IMG/VR virus record: IMGVR_UViG_3300035698_010479
Location: 62,001-126,000 of that record
Length of the DNA stretch: 64,000 bases
Reading direction: 5' to 3' (one strand)
The position numbers were made by a program, and so were the translations under genes. Shown here one piece after another: positions 17,592 to 25,600 of this stretch. Each line of letters opens with the position of its first letter. The stretch's first letter is position 1. Under the pieces are notes generated by a model, which had not been told where the DNA came from, made no database searches, and worked only from the letters and a program-made list of their open reading frames with translations.

Positions 17592-17626
17592 AATAACTCC
17601 TTTAGTTTAAATTTCAATTATGGTTA

Positions 17627-17655
17627 ATTATAACTCATTGTTCGTGATTTGTCAA
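17627..17655 (-). promoter_or_regulatory. perfect-consensus sigma70 promoter
   Basis: TTGACA-17-TATAAT on the - strand upstream of the Rad52-like gene. Confidence 0.85.
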
Positions 17656-17813
17656 TTATTAACCAAGTCTCTTGGATATTTATCTTTTCTACAATAGATA
17701 GTCTTGTCTTTCACTATCTTTGTTTGTGTATTATAATCTATAAATTGCTCTCTTGCAAGTCTTTTTATTAATTTTTTTCTTCGTCTGTCTCTAGACTTAT
17801 CTGATTCATACAC
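17652..17813 (-). CDS. small basic protein (53 aa, not in ORF track)
   Basis: GTG start after GGAGG; MYESDKSRDRRRKKLIKRLAREQF...KYPRDLVNN. Confidence 0.6.
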   Translation of the reverse strand: MYESDKSRDRRRKKLIKRLAREQFIDYNTQTKIVKDKTIYCRKDKYPRDLVNN

Positions 17814-17854
17814 AACGTGTCCTCCATTATACCATAAATTAAAAAACTATACTA

Positions 17855-18055
17855 CTAAAAACTAGCAGTATAGTTCTCTTCAGAGGAGTGTTGTATAAAA
17901 TCATCCTCGTCAATTAACTTGTAACTCACTACTTTATCACCGTTTTCATCAAAAAAGTCTAAGAATAAGAAAGCGGATTCGAAGGCATCTTCTGCCGAAA
18001 AATATATTGCTTCTGGTGCATCTTCTGACGATGCAACAAAATAAACAGCGTCCAT
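17855..18055 (-). CDS. small acidic hypothetical protein
   Basis: 66 aa, SD AGGAG. Confidence 0.65.
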   Translation of the reverse strand: MDAVYFVASSEDAPEAIYFSAEDAFESAFLFLDFFDENGDKVVSYKLIDEDDFIQHSSEENYTASF

Positions 18056-18128
18056 AATATCTCCTGTATAAGAATGTTTAAACTATACTACTCCATACTT
18101 TATACAAGTAACATAATTACAAAAGATA

Positions 18129-18692
18129 TTATTTATCTTCCCTCAACCAATAAGTCAAACCATTTGCTAAACTAAAAAAATCTGGAAAGAAGTTAACCCC
18201 ATCTACGTGCTCATTATAGTCATATCTTATAGAGAAAACAGTTACTTCTTTCTCCAAGGCCCTTTTCTGACTAGCGGGAGAGTCATCAATAAAAACACTA
18301 GCGTCATCCAATAAAAAATGTTTATCAAATCCTATATATAGATTGTTATAGGGTATATTTCTAATATCTAACCAGCGCTCAGTAGGCCCAAATGTTTCTG
18401 GGTCTCTATGTGAAGCGATAGTGACATGGTAACCACTCCTCATTAATGTCTTAGTCAATGCACCTGCATTTTGAAAACTACTGAATTCATGTTGACGCAT
18501 ATGTACTTCTTTTACAGTAGCTGCCATTTGATCTTCACTCATAAAGCCCTCATAAAAATGCCACTTAGCTTTATACTTATCTGTACTATTCCCAGGTAAT
18601 GGGCAATTAGGGTAATCCCTTTTTATAACTTCGCCCCAAATGTTGGCCATATTCCATAATATACCATCAATATCTACTACTGCTTTTTTCAT
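18129..18692 (-). CDS. 5'(3')-deoxyribonucleotidase-like HAD phosphatase
   Basis: VDIDGIL, IASHR, FIDDSP, YDYNE. Confidence 0.8.
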   Translation of the reverse strand: MKKAVVDIDGILWNMANIWGEVIKRDYPNCPLPGNSTDKYKAKWHFYEGFMSEDQMAATVKEVHMRQHEFSSFQNAGALTKTLMRSGYHVTIASHRDPETFGPTERWLDIRNIPYNNLYIGFDKHFLLDDASVFIDDSPASQKRALEKEVTVFSIRYDYNEHVDGVNFFPDFFSLANGLTYWLREDK

Positions 18693-18711
18693 TTAATTCT
18701 CCTTTATAATG

Positions 18712-18798
18712 CGGATAGGGAGGGATTTGAACCCTCGGTAGCTTTTAAACTACACCTGTTTAGCAGACAAGCACCATAGGCCACTCGGTCACCTATCC
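18712..18798 (-). tRNA. tRNA-Ser(GCT)
   Basis: GGATAGG acceptor, D loop with GG, CT-GCT-AA loop, long variable arm, GGTTCAAATCC; no encoded CCA. Confidence 0.92.
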
Positions 18799-18809
18799 AT
18801 TAACTAAAG

Positions 18810-19100
18810 TTAATATTTAATTTTATGTAATTTTTTATGACAAGCACTACATACAGTGATCAAATTTTTAATAGGCTCGTTCCATGGGTACTTCTTTGTA
18901 TACTTTAAATGGTGGAGATGCAATGTAGTTTCTGTATCACCACATTTCATGCACTTCCAACCGTCTCTTTCAAACATTTTCAAACGCTTCTTTTGCCATT
19001 TTGGATGTTGGAGGGCTGCAGCATACTGCTCTTTTGAAAGCTTTTTATATGGCTTATTTATCTTTTTAGTTATTTTTTTACTAATAATTTTATTCTTCAT
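18810..19100 (-). CDS. HNH endonuclease
   Basis: WQKKRLKMFERDGWKCMKCG, LHLHH, NLITVCSACH. Confidence 0.88.
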   Translation of the reverse strand: MKNKIISKKITKKINKPYKKLSKEQYAAALQHPKWQKKRLKMFERDGWKCMKCGDTETTLHLHHLKYTKKYPWNEPIKNLITVCSACHKKLHKIKY

Positions 19101-19411
19101 ACGACTTCTAGCTCATTAGTATAAATTTCAAAAAAGCATCTATTACTATTAGTCAAATGTAGCATAGTAAAATCTCTACCTTTGAAAATCCAAGGCTCCT
19201 TTAGAGTACTTTGAAAAGCATTAGTCTTATTTGGATATGTATTATTAATAATATCTTCTAAACAAGTAGAAGTGTAAACTGTGGTTCCTTTTATACACCA
19301 AAAATATGTTTCAGCAATATAAATACAACCTACCGTATTAAACATAGTGTCACAGTTGAAATATTTAAATAGTTTATCTCTGGCTCCAATATAATCATCA
19401 AATAGATCCAT
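19097..19411 (-). CDS. hypothetical protein
   Basis: 104-aa ORF. Confidence 0.65.
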   Translation of the reverse strand: MDLFDDYIGARDKLFKYFNCDTMFNTVGCIYIAETYFWCIKGTTVYTSTCLEDIINNTYPNKTNAFQSTLKEPWIFKGRDFTMLHLTNSNRCFFEIYTNELEVV

Positions 19412-19422
19412 AAATTACCTCA

Positions 19423-19812
19423 TTATAATAATTTTAAATGTCCAGTAATGGTGTCTATAACCTCAGATTCTGCTGGACCGATAGCTAAACATGTGCGTGT
19501 AGGAATACCGTTAAACTCTGTTTTTCCAGAGTCTGTTATAAGCGAACAAATAAGATTAGCACTCTTTGCCTTATAATGTATAGTTAATAATTCTTCTTCA
19601 GAGTCCACACTTACACATACCTTAGTAAAGGAATTTTCTAACCAACTCAAGGTTTCGTCAGAAAACCAAGGAGGTACATCAGCTGTAACACATGTGGTAT
19701 AATCTAATTCTTTTAAAATATTAGCTAGGCTGGCATGGCAGCCTTGTGCCACCATTTTTCCTTTACGCATGTTTAAATCTTTACGCATGACTATAACTTG
19801 CTTGGTATTCAT
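19423..19812 (-). CDS. pth2: peptidyl-tRNA hydrolase type 2
   Basis: KQVIVMRKDLNMRKGKMVAQGCHAS, KVCVSV, DSGKTEF, TCLAIGP, ITGHLKLL. Confidence 0.92.
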   Translation of the reverse strand: MNTKQVIVMRKDLNMRKGKMVAQGCHASLANILKELDYTTCVTADVPPWFSDETLSWLENSFTKVCVSVDSEEELLTIHYKAKSANLICSLITDSGKTEFNGIPTRTCLAIGPAESEVIDTITGHLKLL

Positions 19813-20033
19813 TCAAATATCTCCATGGATATACTTACTCCTGAAATAATACTTTCTGCATACCTGTGCCCTAAAGTACCTACAGACTGCATCTCTATGT
19901 TTATACTTTGATCAGCATGGGTAATACCAGTATCTAGCTTAAACTGTTCAAATATATTAGATACTACTATAAGTATATCATGCTCCGCCTGTTTTTTAAG
20001 ATTATTAAGCTGTTTAATATTTAATTCACACAT
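19809..20033 (-). CDS. hypothetical protein
   Basis: 74-aa ORF. Confidence 0.6.
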   Translation of the reverse strand: MCELNIKQLNNLKKQAEHDILIVVSNIFEQFKLDTGITHADQSINIEMQSVGTLGHRYAESIISGVSISMEIFE

Positions 20034-20043
20034 AACATAAACC

Positions 20044-20220
20044 TCATCTATGGTAAGTAACGTCCGTAAGCTTATCTTTTATCTTCTTGATGGTTGCTTT
20101 CTTAATAACAAACCCATGTCCTGAGCACCTATCACAGCTAAAAAGTCTATCATCCATATTGATTTCACCTGTACCGTTACACATATAACATATTGTAAAA
20201 CTTTCTTTTATTTTTAACAT
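20044..20220 (-). CDS. DnaJ-type zinc-finger small protein
   Basis: CYMCNGTG, CDRCSGHG; true start ATG 20220 after AGGAG (the upstream part of the listed ORF is the tRNA). Confidence 0.7.
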   Translation of the reverse strand: MLKIKESFTICYMCNGTGEINMDDRLFSCDRCSGHGFVIKKATIKKIKDKLTDVTYHR

Positions 20221-20246
20221 TATTATACTCCTTATATTAATATGTT

Positions 20247-20321
20247 TGTTCCTAGTGAGAATCGAACTCACAACGAAACGCAGGTTTAGAATCTGCCGCT
20301 CTACCACTGAGCTATAGGAAC
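20247..20321 (-). tRNA. amber suppressor tRNA (anticodon CUA)
   Basis: GTTCCTA-TA-GCTC AGTGGTA GAGC-G-GCAGA TTCTAAA CCTGC-GTTTCGTT-GTGAG TTCGATT CTCAC-TAGGAAC-A. Confidence 0.85.
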
Positions 20322-20323
20322 AT

Positions 20324-20355
20324 ATGAGGCTTATATTGTTAGGTATAAGCCTCAT
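20324..20355 (-). terminator. 12-bp hairpin immediately 5' of the suppressor tRNA
   Basis: ATGAGGCTTATA / TATAAGCCTCAT inverted repeat. Confidence 0.55.
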
Positions 20356-20359
20356 GTTT

Positions 20360-20605
20360 TTAAACCTCCAATTCCTCACCCATAATAAGTGTAACAACAT
20401 AACGCTGTTTCTTCATAAAATCAACATAACTTAGTGCTTCATTTAATAATGTGAACTCCTTAAAATCTTTACCAGAACTATCATTACAGTATGAGTCAAC
20501 GCTATATACATAATAACAATGGTGTACTTCGTCACCCCAGCCCTGAACTATCTTGTTAAGTTCTCTAATCTTATCCTTTTTATTTTCATCCATAATTATA
20601 ATCAA
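20360..20605 (-). CDS. hypothetical protein
   Basis: 81-aa ORF. Confidence 0.6.
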   Translation of the reverse strand: MIIIMDENKKDKIRELNKIVQGWGDEVHHCYYVYSVDSYCNDSSGKDFKEFTLLNEALSYVDFMKKQRYVVTLIMGEELEV

Positions 20606-20607
20606 CC

Positions 20608-20904
20608 TTAAAGTAGACGCATACTCTCGAAGAATTCATTACCACCCAAACTTGCTATAGCAGTAAGTTGATTTCCTATATCAGGTTCTTTAAAACTTAC
20701 ATGTGGTATATTACTCCAGTTTAGATCATTTGTCAAGCGCTTTAATTCACCCTCATTATTTACTTTGAGATAGACCAACGTACCGTTATCCCAGTTTGTA
20801 AGTCTGTTATTTAATAAGTATTCAGCCAAAGCATGACCAGCTTGAACGGCTTGCTGAGACTTAGATAGATCTTTACGTGTTATTACATATAGTTTATGCT
20901 GCAT
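20608..20904 (-). CDS. Pth2-fold phage protein (peptidyl-tRNA hydrolase-like)
   Basis: KLYVITRKDL, QAVQAGHA, FKEPDIGNQLTAIA. Confidence 0.72.
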   Translation of the reverse strand: MQHKLYVITRKDLSKSQQAVQAGHALAEYLLNNRLTNWDNGTLVYLKVNNEGELKRLTNDLNWSNIPHVSFKEPDIGNQLTAIASLGGNEFFESMRLL

Positions 20905-21217
20905 TTGTCACAAGCCCCTTCCCCTTCTTAAGGTTTTCCCAATAACGCTCAATTGGTCTCATTATTGTGTCAACATAATATGAATTAGGTCTATTGTCTA
21001 TAGCGCAGTTCCGTTCTATCTCCTCCATAGACCTGCCACGTATAAGACAGTAAGCTATATGATGATGTCTATATTCATAACGTAAATCATCAAGTCCAGC
21101 GACAACACCGTAAGGAGAGCCCTTACGTTTAGATTTCTTATGTCTAATATCAACTGCTGCTTCTTTTAGTGCTACTTTCAAATCCTTTAAAGTTTCAATC
21201 TTAGTATTTATTTTCAT
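20894..21217 (-). CDS. conserved phage hypothetical protein
   Basis: YRHHHIAYCLIRGR...EEIE pattern. Confidence 0.7.
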   Translation of the reverse strand: MKINTKIETLKDLKVALKEAAVDIRHKKSKRKGSPYGVVAGLDDLRYEYRHHHIAYCLIRGRSMEEIERNCAIDNRPNSYYVDTIMRPIERYWENLKKGKGLVTNAA

Positions 21218-21363
21218 AATCTTAATCTCCGTATTTAATTTATTAGTATAATAATAATAATAATAGTAGTAGTAATTATATAGTACTAATAAATTTACGG
21301 TGACCTTGCTACCTAGACAAATCCTGATTTATACATAGGCTACCCTCCACTAGTTAATTGTTA

Positions 21364-21666
21364 TTACTTATTATGCCACTTATTCCACATAAATAACCAT
21401 TTATCACATTTATTTTGAGCTATGGCTCTTATATCGTCTTCGGTAGCTTCTGGATAATTTACCCTAATCATGTCTAAAGCACAAATTATAACGTCCACAG
21501 CTTCTCCTATAATACCATCCTTTCCTGGTAACTTACCACAATGTCCTGTCTGTATATTTACTTCTTCTGCTAATTCTCCTACCTCTGACATTAATGAAGC
21601 CATTATATTATGTGACGTTCTTCCTGGTGTAACTGTGTCCGAAACTTTAAAAACTGTTTTAAGCAT
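21364..21666 (-). CDS. MazG-like NTP pyrophosphohydrolase
   Basis: LMSEVGELAEE...GEAVDVII ExxE/ExxD pattern. Confidence 0.78.
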   Translation of the reverse strand: MLKTVFKVSDTVTPGRTSHNIMASLMSEVGELAEEVNIQTGHCGKLPGKDGIIGEAVDVIICALDMIRVNYPEATEDDIRAIAQNKCDKWLFMWNKWHNK

Positions 21667-21863
21667 AATCTTCCGCCGTATTTAAAATCATAACTAGTAA
21701 TATCTTCTTCTGTGAGATACCTTTTAATACGTTCCCCACAAACTATACAATGCAAATCAAAACCGGAGGTATCATTTAAAGGTACCTCCCTATATAGCCC
21801 ACCACAATTATTTAGACAAACTGCATCTGTCATATCTTTTATATTATTAAACGGCTTAATCAT
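21603..21863 (-). CDS. hypothetical protein with Cys pairs
   Basis: CLNNCGG...CIVCG. Confidence 0.55.
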   Translation of the reverse strand: MIKPFNNIKDMTDAVCLNNCGGLYREVPLNDTSGFDLHCIVCGERIKRYLTEEDITSYDFKYGGRLCLKQFLKFRTQLHQEERHII

Positions 21864-21923
21864 TTAACACTTTCCCCCGCCTTTTCCTTTACCACCCTTC
21901 TTATCTTTATCTGTTTTAGCCAA
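21864..21923 (-). CDS. 19-aa Lys/Gly-rich micropeptide
   Basis: AAGGAG, 6-nt spacer, TTG; MAKTDKDKKGGKGKGGGKC; stop directly abuts the next ATG. Confidence 0.55.
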   Translation of the reverse strand: MAKTDKDKKGGKGKGGGKC

Positions 21924-21941
21924 AACGTTCTCCTTTAATTA

Positions 21942-22559
21942 TTAATATTTTATAAGTACTACCGCCAGTACACCAGAGGAATCATATATATGATCCTTAT
22001 TTAAAACTGTTTGTAAAGTATAACCATATTTTTCAAATAAGTCAAGCCACCATTGCTTAGAATGTATTTGAATATGTGTTTTATCATTTTTACTTACGTC
22101 CAGTACAAAGTCTTCACCTTCTACGGCTGCTACCGGTATACGTACTATAAGCTGTGTTGCGTTTACTATATCACCAATAATAGTGTGTAGTGAAAAGGTA
22201 GGTATATGTTCGAGTACATCTAAAAATAGTAGTATATCAAATGGCCCAGAAACTAAATCTGGGTTATAATGATGTAATATACCTCCTAGATTATACTGGT
22301 CAATACCAAATTCTACAGCCCAATAACTTATATCAGTACCTTCACATAGTACATTACGGTTATTTAGTTCATATATTAAACCACCTGTAGCTGCCCCATA
22401 GTCCAGTACGCTTTTGTTCTTTAAGTAAGGAAGTAAATCATCTGCCAATCCTGAAAATTTCTTCTCTCTATAATCTTCATAATTACTTATGGTACTTCTC
22501 ACATAATAATTTTTGTCAAATAGCATACTATGACCTTTAAATAAATTTGGAGTGGCCAC
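21942..22559 (-). CDS. class I SAM-dependent methyltransferase
   Basis: VLDYGAATG, GTDIS, DVLEHI. Confidence 0.88.
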   Translation of the reverse strand: MATPNLFKGHSMLFDKNYYVRSTISNYEDYREKKFSGLADDLLPYLKNKSVLDYGAATGGLIYELNNRNVLCEGTDISYWAVEFGIDQYNLGGILHHYNPDLVSGPFDILLFLDVLEHIPTFSLHTIIGDIVNATQLIVRIPVAAVEGEDFVLDVSKNDKTHIQIHSKQWWLDLFEKYGYTLQTVLNKDHIYDSSGVLAVVLIKY

Positions 22560-23475
22560 ATGGCATAATTACTTGCTCAATAAGGTCATTGTGTTCATTG
22601 AAGAAACATTTACCTTCTTTACAGTTACAAGTATCAAAAGCGGTATCTTTTTTATATGTGTTCTCCCAAGTTTTAATTATATCATCAATATGACATAATG
22701 TAAAGTCAGAATTAAATTTTCTGTCAATTAGAGGGTTAGCACTACAATGATAGACATAGCCATCGGCATTAACAAATGGTTTTATTCTGCCCATCCAACA
22801 TTTATTTGGTACTGTATATTTCTTTTGTTGAAAAAAGAATTTTGGGTACTTATCTAAATAAGGTTGGATCATGTCTGTTGATTTATTTATGTCTTCAATA
22901 GATAGGCAATTAGGTACTATACGAACATAAGTAGCTTTATATTTATCTGCATATGCTGAAATTTTATCTAGCTGTTTTTCTGTTGATAAATCAGTAATTA
23001 CGTAAGAAAAACCTAAAACAACATTTGAAGGTATATTAATATCTATATCTTCAACGTAGTCTAAACTATTAAGACTTATTCTTAACCAAGTTAGTCTACT
23101 AAGATTTTTATAACTAACGTTATCTAGTTTTACACCATTAGTAATCATACCGATACCAGAGTAATTATAAGCAGCAAATTCTATAATATCATTAATGTGC
23201 TTATACATTGTTGGATCGCCTCCTCCGGTAAACTCAACAGTCTTTGCACCAAGAGTTTTAAAATCTGTAAGTACCTTGATAGACTGTTCTAAAGAAAGTT
23301 CATCAGCTTTATTTCGATTTGCTACAGAACACATTACGCAATTTAAATTACATTTATTAGTGGGGGCTAATTGAATACTGATAGGTCTAAAATAACCTTG
23401 CTGCATCTCCTTTAATCTATCCAGATTATGAAGTAATTTATTTTGTGTGCTTGTGTACAGCTGTTCTTTATTCAT
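22537..23475 (-). CDS. radical SAM protein with SPASM/twitch-like C-terminus
   Basis: CNLNCVMC, FTGGGDP, ITNG, CW...NADGYVYHC...CNCKEGKC. Confidence 0.9.
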   Translation of the reverse strand: MNKEQLYTSTQNKLLHNLDRLKEMQQGYFRPISIQLAPTNKCNLNCVMCSVANRNKADELSLEQSIKVLTDFKTLGAKTVEFTGGGDPTMYKHINDIIEFAAYNYSGIGMITNGVKLDNVSYKNLSRLTWLRISLNSLDYVEDIDINIPSNVVLGFSYVITDLSTEKQLDKISAYADKYKATYVRIVPNCLSIEDINKSTDMIQPYLDKYPKFFFQQKKYTVPNKCWMGRIKPFVNADGYVYHCSANPLIDRKFNSDFTLCHIDDIIKTWENTYKKDTAFDTCNCKEGKCFFNEHNDLIEQVIMPCGHSKFI

Positions 23476-24190
23476 ATATGTAATCCTCTATTAGTAAGTT
23501 TTTATTCCATTGTAAATTAGCGAAAGCCTTATCATGCCACTCATAACTGCAACAGGTACCCATGTCTCTTCCTCGATGGTTAGTTCTAGATAATGTAGGG
23601 AAAATTTCATAAAGATTTTCTTTCTTGCAATGAGCTGCAACAGCCCAATCCCACCCGTAAGAATTAAAGTACTCCTTAGCCAAATCATCATAGAACCAAT
23701 TAGGCTTAAATACCCTCTCGAAATTTTCACTAAATGTACACCAGCCTAATCCCGTAAAACTACCACATCTGGACACAAGTTTATTAGGTGTTACTAAGGT
23801 ACTATCATAATTAAATAAACCATAGCTATTGAATTTAAGTGGATCATTTTTAAAAGTCTTTCTGTAAAATTCGGCAAGTAATAGTGCATCTGGGCCAACA
23901 TGTAAATCATCATCCATATGACAATTAAAAGTACTACCTGAATTAAAAGCCAGTTCTACCGCTGAAAACTGATTTAATCTATGGTTTTTTCTTGTTTTAT
24001 TTACTTCAACTGTTATAGAAGCAAAACCGTAGTTACTGTTTTTTAAAACATTTTTTATTTCGTTTGTTTTTTCAGAAGGGTCTATACATATAAAAAAATG
24101 CCAATCACTAGTGTCACATTTAGCAATATCAATCAAGGTCTCTTGTAAATAATCTGGTCTGTTATAAGCAGTCATACTTAGTGTTTTCAT
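23468..24190 (-). CDS. GT-A fold glycosyltransferase (family 2-like)
   Basis: TAYNRPDYL, HMDDD (DxD), GLGW, GWDW. Confidence 0.78.
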   Translation of the reverse strand: MKTLSMTAYNRPDYLQETLIDIAKCDTSDWHFFICIDPSEKTNEIKNVLKNSNYGFASITVEVNKTRKNHRLNQFSAVELAFNSGSTFNCHMDDDLHVGPDALLLAEFYRKTFKNDPLKFNSYGLFNYDSTLVTPNKLVSRCGSFTGLGWCTFSENFERVFKPNWFYDDLAKEYFNSYGWDWAVAAHCKKENLYEIFPTLSRTNHRGRDMGTCCSYEWHDKAFANLQWNKNLLIEDYIYE

Positions 24191-24199
24191 ATAAACTCC

Positions 24200-24583
24200 T
24201 TAATATCTAGTGCCATTTAAATCTTTTAATTCAATAGTCATTGTATGAAAAATATATTTAGAAATGTTATGAGACACTTCATCTATTACTATCTTAGCAA
24301 TATCTTCCCTAGAGTTATTATGGTATTCTAATGGTATATCCCCATGTATACATTTATATAAGATGCTCTTACCAATATGAGTTATACTAAAAGATGTAGC
24401 TACAAATATTTCTATAGCTGTACTTTTTATTGTAAAAGCATCAAGTATTGCGTTTTGAGCTTTAGTTAATAACTCACTGTAGATACGTATACTGTCATCT
24501 GTTGGGGCCTTATGTTCATTAATAGTTTTAGCATAAGGTACATGAACTTCACGAGTAGCGCCTAGTTGATAAGTATCAAACAT
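24200..24583 (-). CDS. hypothetical protein
   Basis: Start ATG 24583 after AAGGAG (the listed upstream extension overlaps the tRNA). Confidence 0.65.
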   Translation of the reverse strand: MFDTYQLGATREVHVPYAKTINEHKAPTDDSIRIYSELLTKAQNAILDAFTIKSTAIEIFVATSFSITHIGKSILYKCIHGDIPLEYHNNSREDIAKIVIDEVSHNISKYIFHTMTIELKDLNGTRY

Positions 24584-24607
24584 ATAATTCTCCTTAATTC
24601 TTATGAA

Positions 24608-24693
24608 TGGGTAGTGATGGAATCGAACCATATGCCCTGTGGGAATAGATTTACAGTCTATCGTAGGACCATCCTACCTTATATACACCACCC
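24608..24693 (-). tRNA. tRNA-Tyr(GTA), atypical (extra ~7 nt between acceptor and D stems)
   Basis: GGGTGGT acceptor / ACTACCC, GTAG-GATGGTC-CTAC D arm, ATAGA CTGTAAA TCTAT, variable arm, GGTTCGATTCC. Confidence 0.75.
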
Positions 24694-24698
24694 AGAGT

Positions 24699-25142
24699 TT
24701 ATTCACACCAGTTTTTTTCTTTTGTCCCACCATTATACTTAACGGCTAGGCCTTTGTCAAGTAAAATAGTAGCTAAGTCACCTTCGGCTGTTAAAACTTC
24801 TGCGACAATTCTAAAATATTTTCCTCGTCTAGTATTAAGAAGTGATACCTTGGTATGATCTCGCAGTATAACATATACAGCCTCTTTAGCCGCTAATGCA
24901 AGTTGATGCTCCTTTTCACATTTACTACGCATCTCAGGTGTATCAATACCAAATACACGTACTGATATTTTATAGCCAAATAACTCTGGTATGTCATTTA
25001 TATTTACAGTTAAAGTATCTCCATCATAATTACTAATAACTTCTACATCATAAAAATTTTCATATGTTTTTTCTGACGCATTACTATTATCATAACTACA
25101 AAAAGTACATAACAATAAAAATGATACTAATAGGCTTTTCAT
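24699..25142 (-). CDS. thermonuclease (SNase-like) with signal peptide
   Basis: YDGDT, VRVFGIDTPE, GKYFRIVA, GLAVKYNGG. Confidence 0.88.
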   Translation of the reverse strand: MKSLLVSFLLLCTFCSYDNSNASEKTYENFYDVEVISNYDGDTLTVNINDIPELFGYKISVRVFGIDTPEMRSKCEKEHQLALAAKEAVYVILRDHTKVSLLNTRRGKYFRIVAEVLTAEGDLATILLDKGLAVKYNGGTKEKNWCE

Positions 25143-25194
25143 ATAAACTCCTTACTTATTCTAAAGTCGTTGATTACTACACTGGTAATATATT

Positions 25195-25277
25195 CGGAGA
25201 GCGTAGGATTCGAACCCACGGGGCTTTCACCCTTTAGTTTTCAAGACTAACGTCATAAACCACTCGACCAGCTCTCC
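25195..25277 (-). tRNA. tRNA-Ser(TGA)
   Basis: GGAGAGC acceptor, TTAGT CTTGAAA ACTAA, variable arm, GGTTCGAATCC. Confidence 0.92.
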
Positions 25278-25284
25278 AGTTATT

Positions 25285-25356
25285 CGGTCCTACGGGTAGT
25301 CGAAACCCGATACTGAGCTTGAAAAGCTCATGTCCTAACCATTAGACGATAGGACC
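25285..25356 (-). tRNA. tRNA-Glu(TTC)
   Basis: GGTCCTA acceptor, GTCTAATGGTTAGGAC D arm, TGAGC TTTTCAA GCTCA. Confidence 0.9.
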
Positions 25357-25403
25357 TAGTTAAACTATTATAACATATTTAAAAATAATGTAAACTTAAT
25401 ATT

Positions 25404-25475
25404 TGCATCCAGGAGGAATTGAACCTCCGGCGCGAGACTCTTCAGGACTCCGCTCTACCACTGAGCTACAGATGC
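25404..25475 (-). tRNA. tRNA-Phe(GAA)
   Basis: GCATCTG acceptor, GCTCAGTGGTAGAGC, GAGTC CTGAAGA GTCTC (one T-T mismatch), GGTTCAATTCC. Confidence 0.85.
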
Positions 25476-25482
25476 TTTAGTT

Positions 25483-25555
25483 TGGTCTCAGATGGATTTG
25501 AACCACCGACTTATGAGTTATCAGCTCATTGCTCTACCAACTGAGCTATAAGACC
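25483..25555 (-). tRNA. tRNA-Ile(GAT)
   Basis: GGTCTTA acceptor, GCTCAGTTGGTAGAGC, ATGAG CTGATAA CTCAT, GGTTCAAATCC. Confidence 0.92.
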
Positions 25556-25562
25556 TTTAAAT

Positions 25563-25600
25563 AAAAAAGGCTACTAGGAAATCGTTTCCCTAGCAGCCTT
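25563..25600 (-). terminator. rho-independent terminator
   Basis: GGCTGCTAGG...CCTAGTAGCC stem followed by a T6 run on the - strand. Confidence 0.65.

Noticed and set aside
17730-17758. Promoter-like TTGCAA-17-TATAAT
   Set aside because: It lies inside a plausible 53-aa CDS and a perfect promoter sits 100 nt downstream; it could be real but is not supportable.
20247-20321. tRNA-Pyl
   Set aside because: It has a canonical D-loop GG, TTC loop, 5-bp anticodon stem and a longer variable region, unlike tRNA-Pyl; no pyl genes are in the window.
20221-20400. N-terminal part of the 118-aa ORF 20044-20400
   Set aside because: It is a translation of the suppressor tRNA and hairpin; the real start is at 20220.
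21240-21290. (TAA)n/(TAG)n low-complexity tract as a repeat array or origin
   Set aside because: Short AT-rich microsatellite-like sequence with no spacer structure or iterons.
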